From: Podarcis pityusensis
Lineage: Eukaryota
NCBI GenBank assembly: GCA_964106645.2
Contig: OZ067047.1
Direction: 5' to 3' (one strand)
Length of the DNA: 64,000 nucleotides
The position numbers were made by a program, and so were the translations under genes. Below the pieces are notes generated by a model, which saw only the letters and a list, made by a program, of their open reading frames with translations, searched no databases and was not told the DNA's origin. Shown here piece by piece: positions 62,805 to 64,000 of the stretch. Numbering within the stretch: the stretch's first letter is position 1; every line of letters begins with the position of its first letter.

Positions 62805-64000
62805 AAACCTTACCTCTGTCATTTTAAATTCACACCCTGGTATGCTGTCAACCTAAGCCAGCTGAGGAAGTAGCCATTTTTACAAATTGCTTAGAGGCAC
62901 CCTAGGTTTATATAAATCACTTAAATAAATGCAACCCCACACTGTTCCTCACAGAAGGCACATGGACAAGAAAGATTTGATGAAGGGATAATATGACTTC
63001 ACCAAAGAAGTCTCAGTGTAGCTGAAAATTTCGGCACAAGTAGAACTGAGCATGCAAGATGCATGAAGTCTGACATGTCAACACCAACATTACACACAGC
63101 CACATACATTAGGATCTGATCATTTACAGCAGGTCCACGTGCAGACAGGAGCAAGGAAGACAGGTCAAGCACACTTGTCTACCAATGCAAAAGTGGTAGA
63201 GAATCTAAGGAGTAACATAAAGAATGAACACCTTCCCCGTCTTTTCTCACCACTGAAGAACTGCCAAGAGAGACCCTATTTTAGGACACTGATCAACTGC
63301 TGCTGAGCACTGTACAAGCCTTGGAAGAATCCTTTGGCAGGGCTTTTTCTCTGCCAGATTCCAGTAAGCTCACATTGGCTAGGACTAATAGGACTGCTGT
63401 CTGCCAACAAATCTTTTCTCAGCACATTGTGGTAGAGTGCTGGTTGCCAGCTGAGTACTTGTAATGTGGAATGGTAGCTTCAGTTGCATAGAATCCCTGG
63501 GTCTATTACAGTGAGCAGAAAAATCTGGGACTTAGGTCCTCCAATCTACCACCAGAAGCCATTCAGCTCCAGGTTAGTGGTCATGCTGGAACCAATCACA
63601 GAAAATGATACCACACCAATGCTGCCTAAATAATGCATCTGTTAAAGGTGTGGTCCTTAATAGCTGCAATTTCCTGGCATTTTGGAGCTTGAGTGGACAT
63701 GGGAAGTCTTTAACACAACATGTCAAAGGGTTTTTGTTAATTGAATTCTGTTATTAAGAATTTGGTGTGTGTGTACACACATGGAAGACTAAATAACGTT
63801 ATGTGGAGCACAGCAGACCTCTAGTAAAAACATTGTCAGCAAATGTAGACACAGGATGCTTTTTACAGCACACACATCTTTGAGAGGCTTCTTAATAGTG
63901 CTGTAGCTGTGTAAGGATAGGGTAACTGAGAAAAGCTCCTGAAATAATGCTTTCCACTATGTGCTCCCTCAGTCTCAAAGGTATTCAGAAATACAAGGTA

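Noticed and set aside
61705-64000. MRTFA RPEL1 or start exon
   Set aside because: No LQLKLQQRRTREEL-like coding sequence was found; the upstream exons must lie outside the window.

Overview
Vertebrate genomic DNA, about 40% GC with two CpG islands. The repeat content (Sauria SINE, Squam3-like SINEs, a tRNA-Lys/CR1 SINE, lizard-type MITEs) points to a squamate, probably a lacertid lizard; this is inference. The window holds the conserved block ADSL - SGSM3 - MRTFA (MKL1). ADSL (+) is complete: 13 coding exons, 1502-16741, 481 aa. SGSM3 (+) is complete: CpG-island promoter near 19 kb, 21 coding exons, 27792-44589, 751 aa, TBC-SH3-RUN, one GC-AG intron. MRTFA (-) is 5'-truncated by the window: 13 coding exons, 61704 down to 48547. 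Exon boundaries were read by hand and all phases close. I found no convincing new gene system. The best oddities are: (1) a 1-kb Tc1/mariner-type element whose interior is a nested array of GC-rich palindromes; (2) a Tigger1-like terminus; (3) two substitutions in normally invariant ADSL motifs; (4) two extra in-frame MRTFA exons absent from the human protein as I recall it; (5) a probable 3'UTR overlap between SGSM3 and MRTFA. All comparisons with human, yeast or repeat consensus sequences are from memory and need database confirmation.
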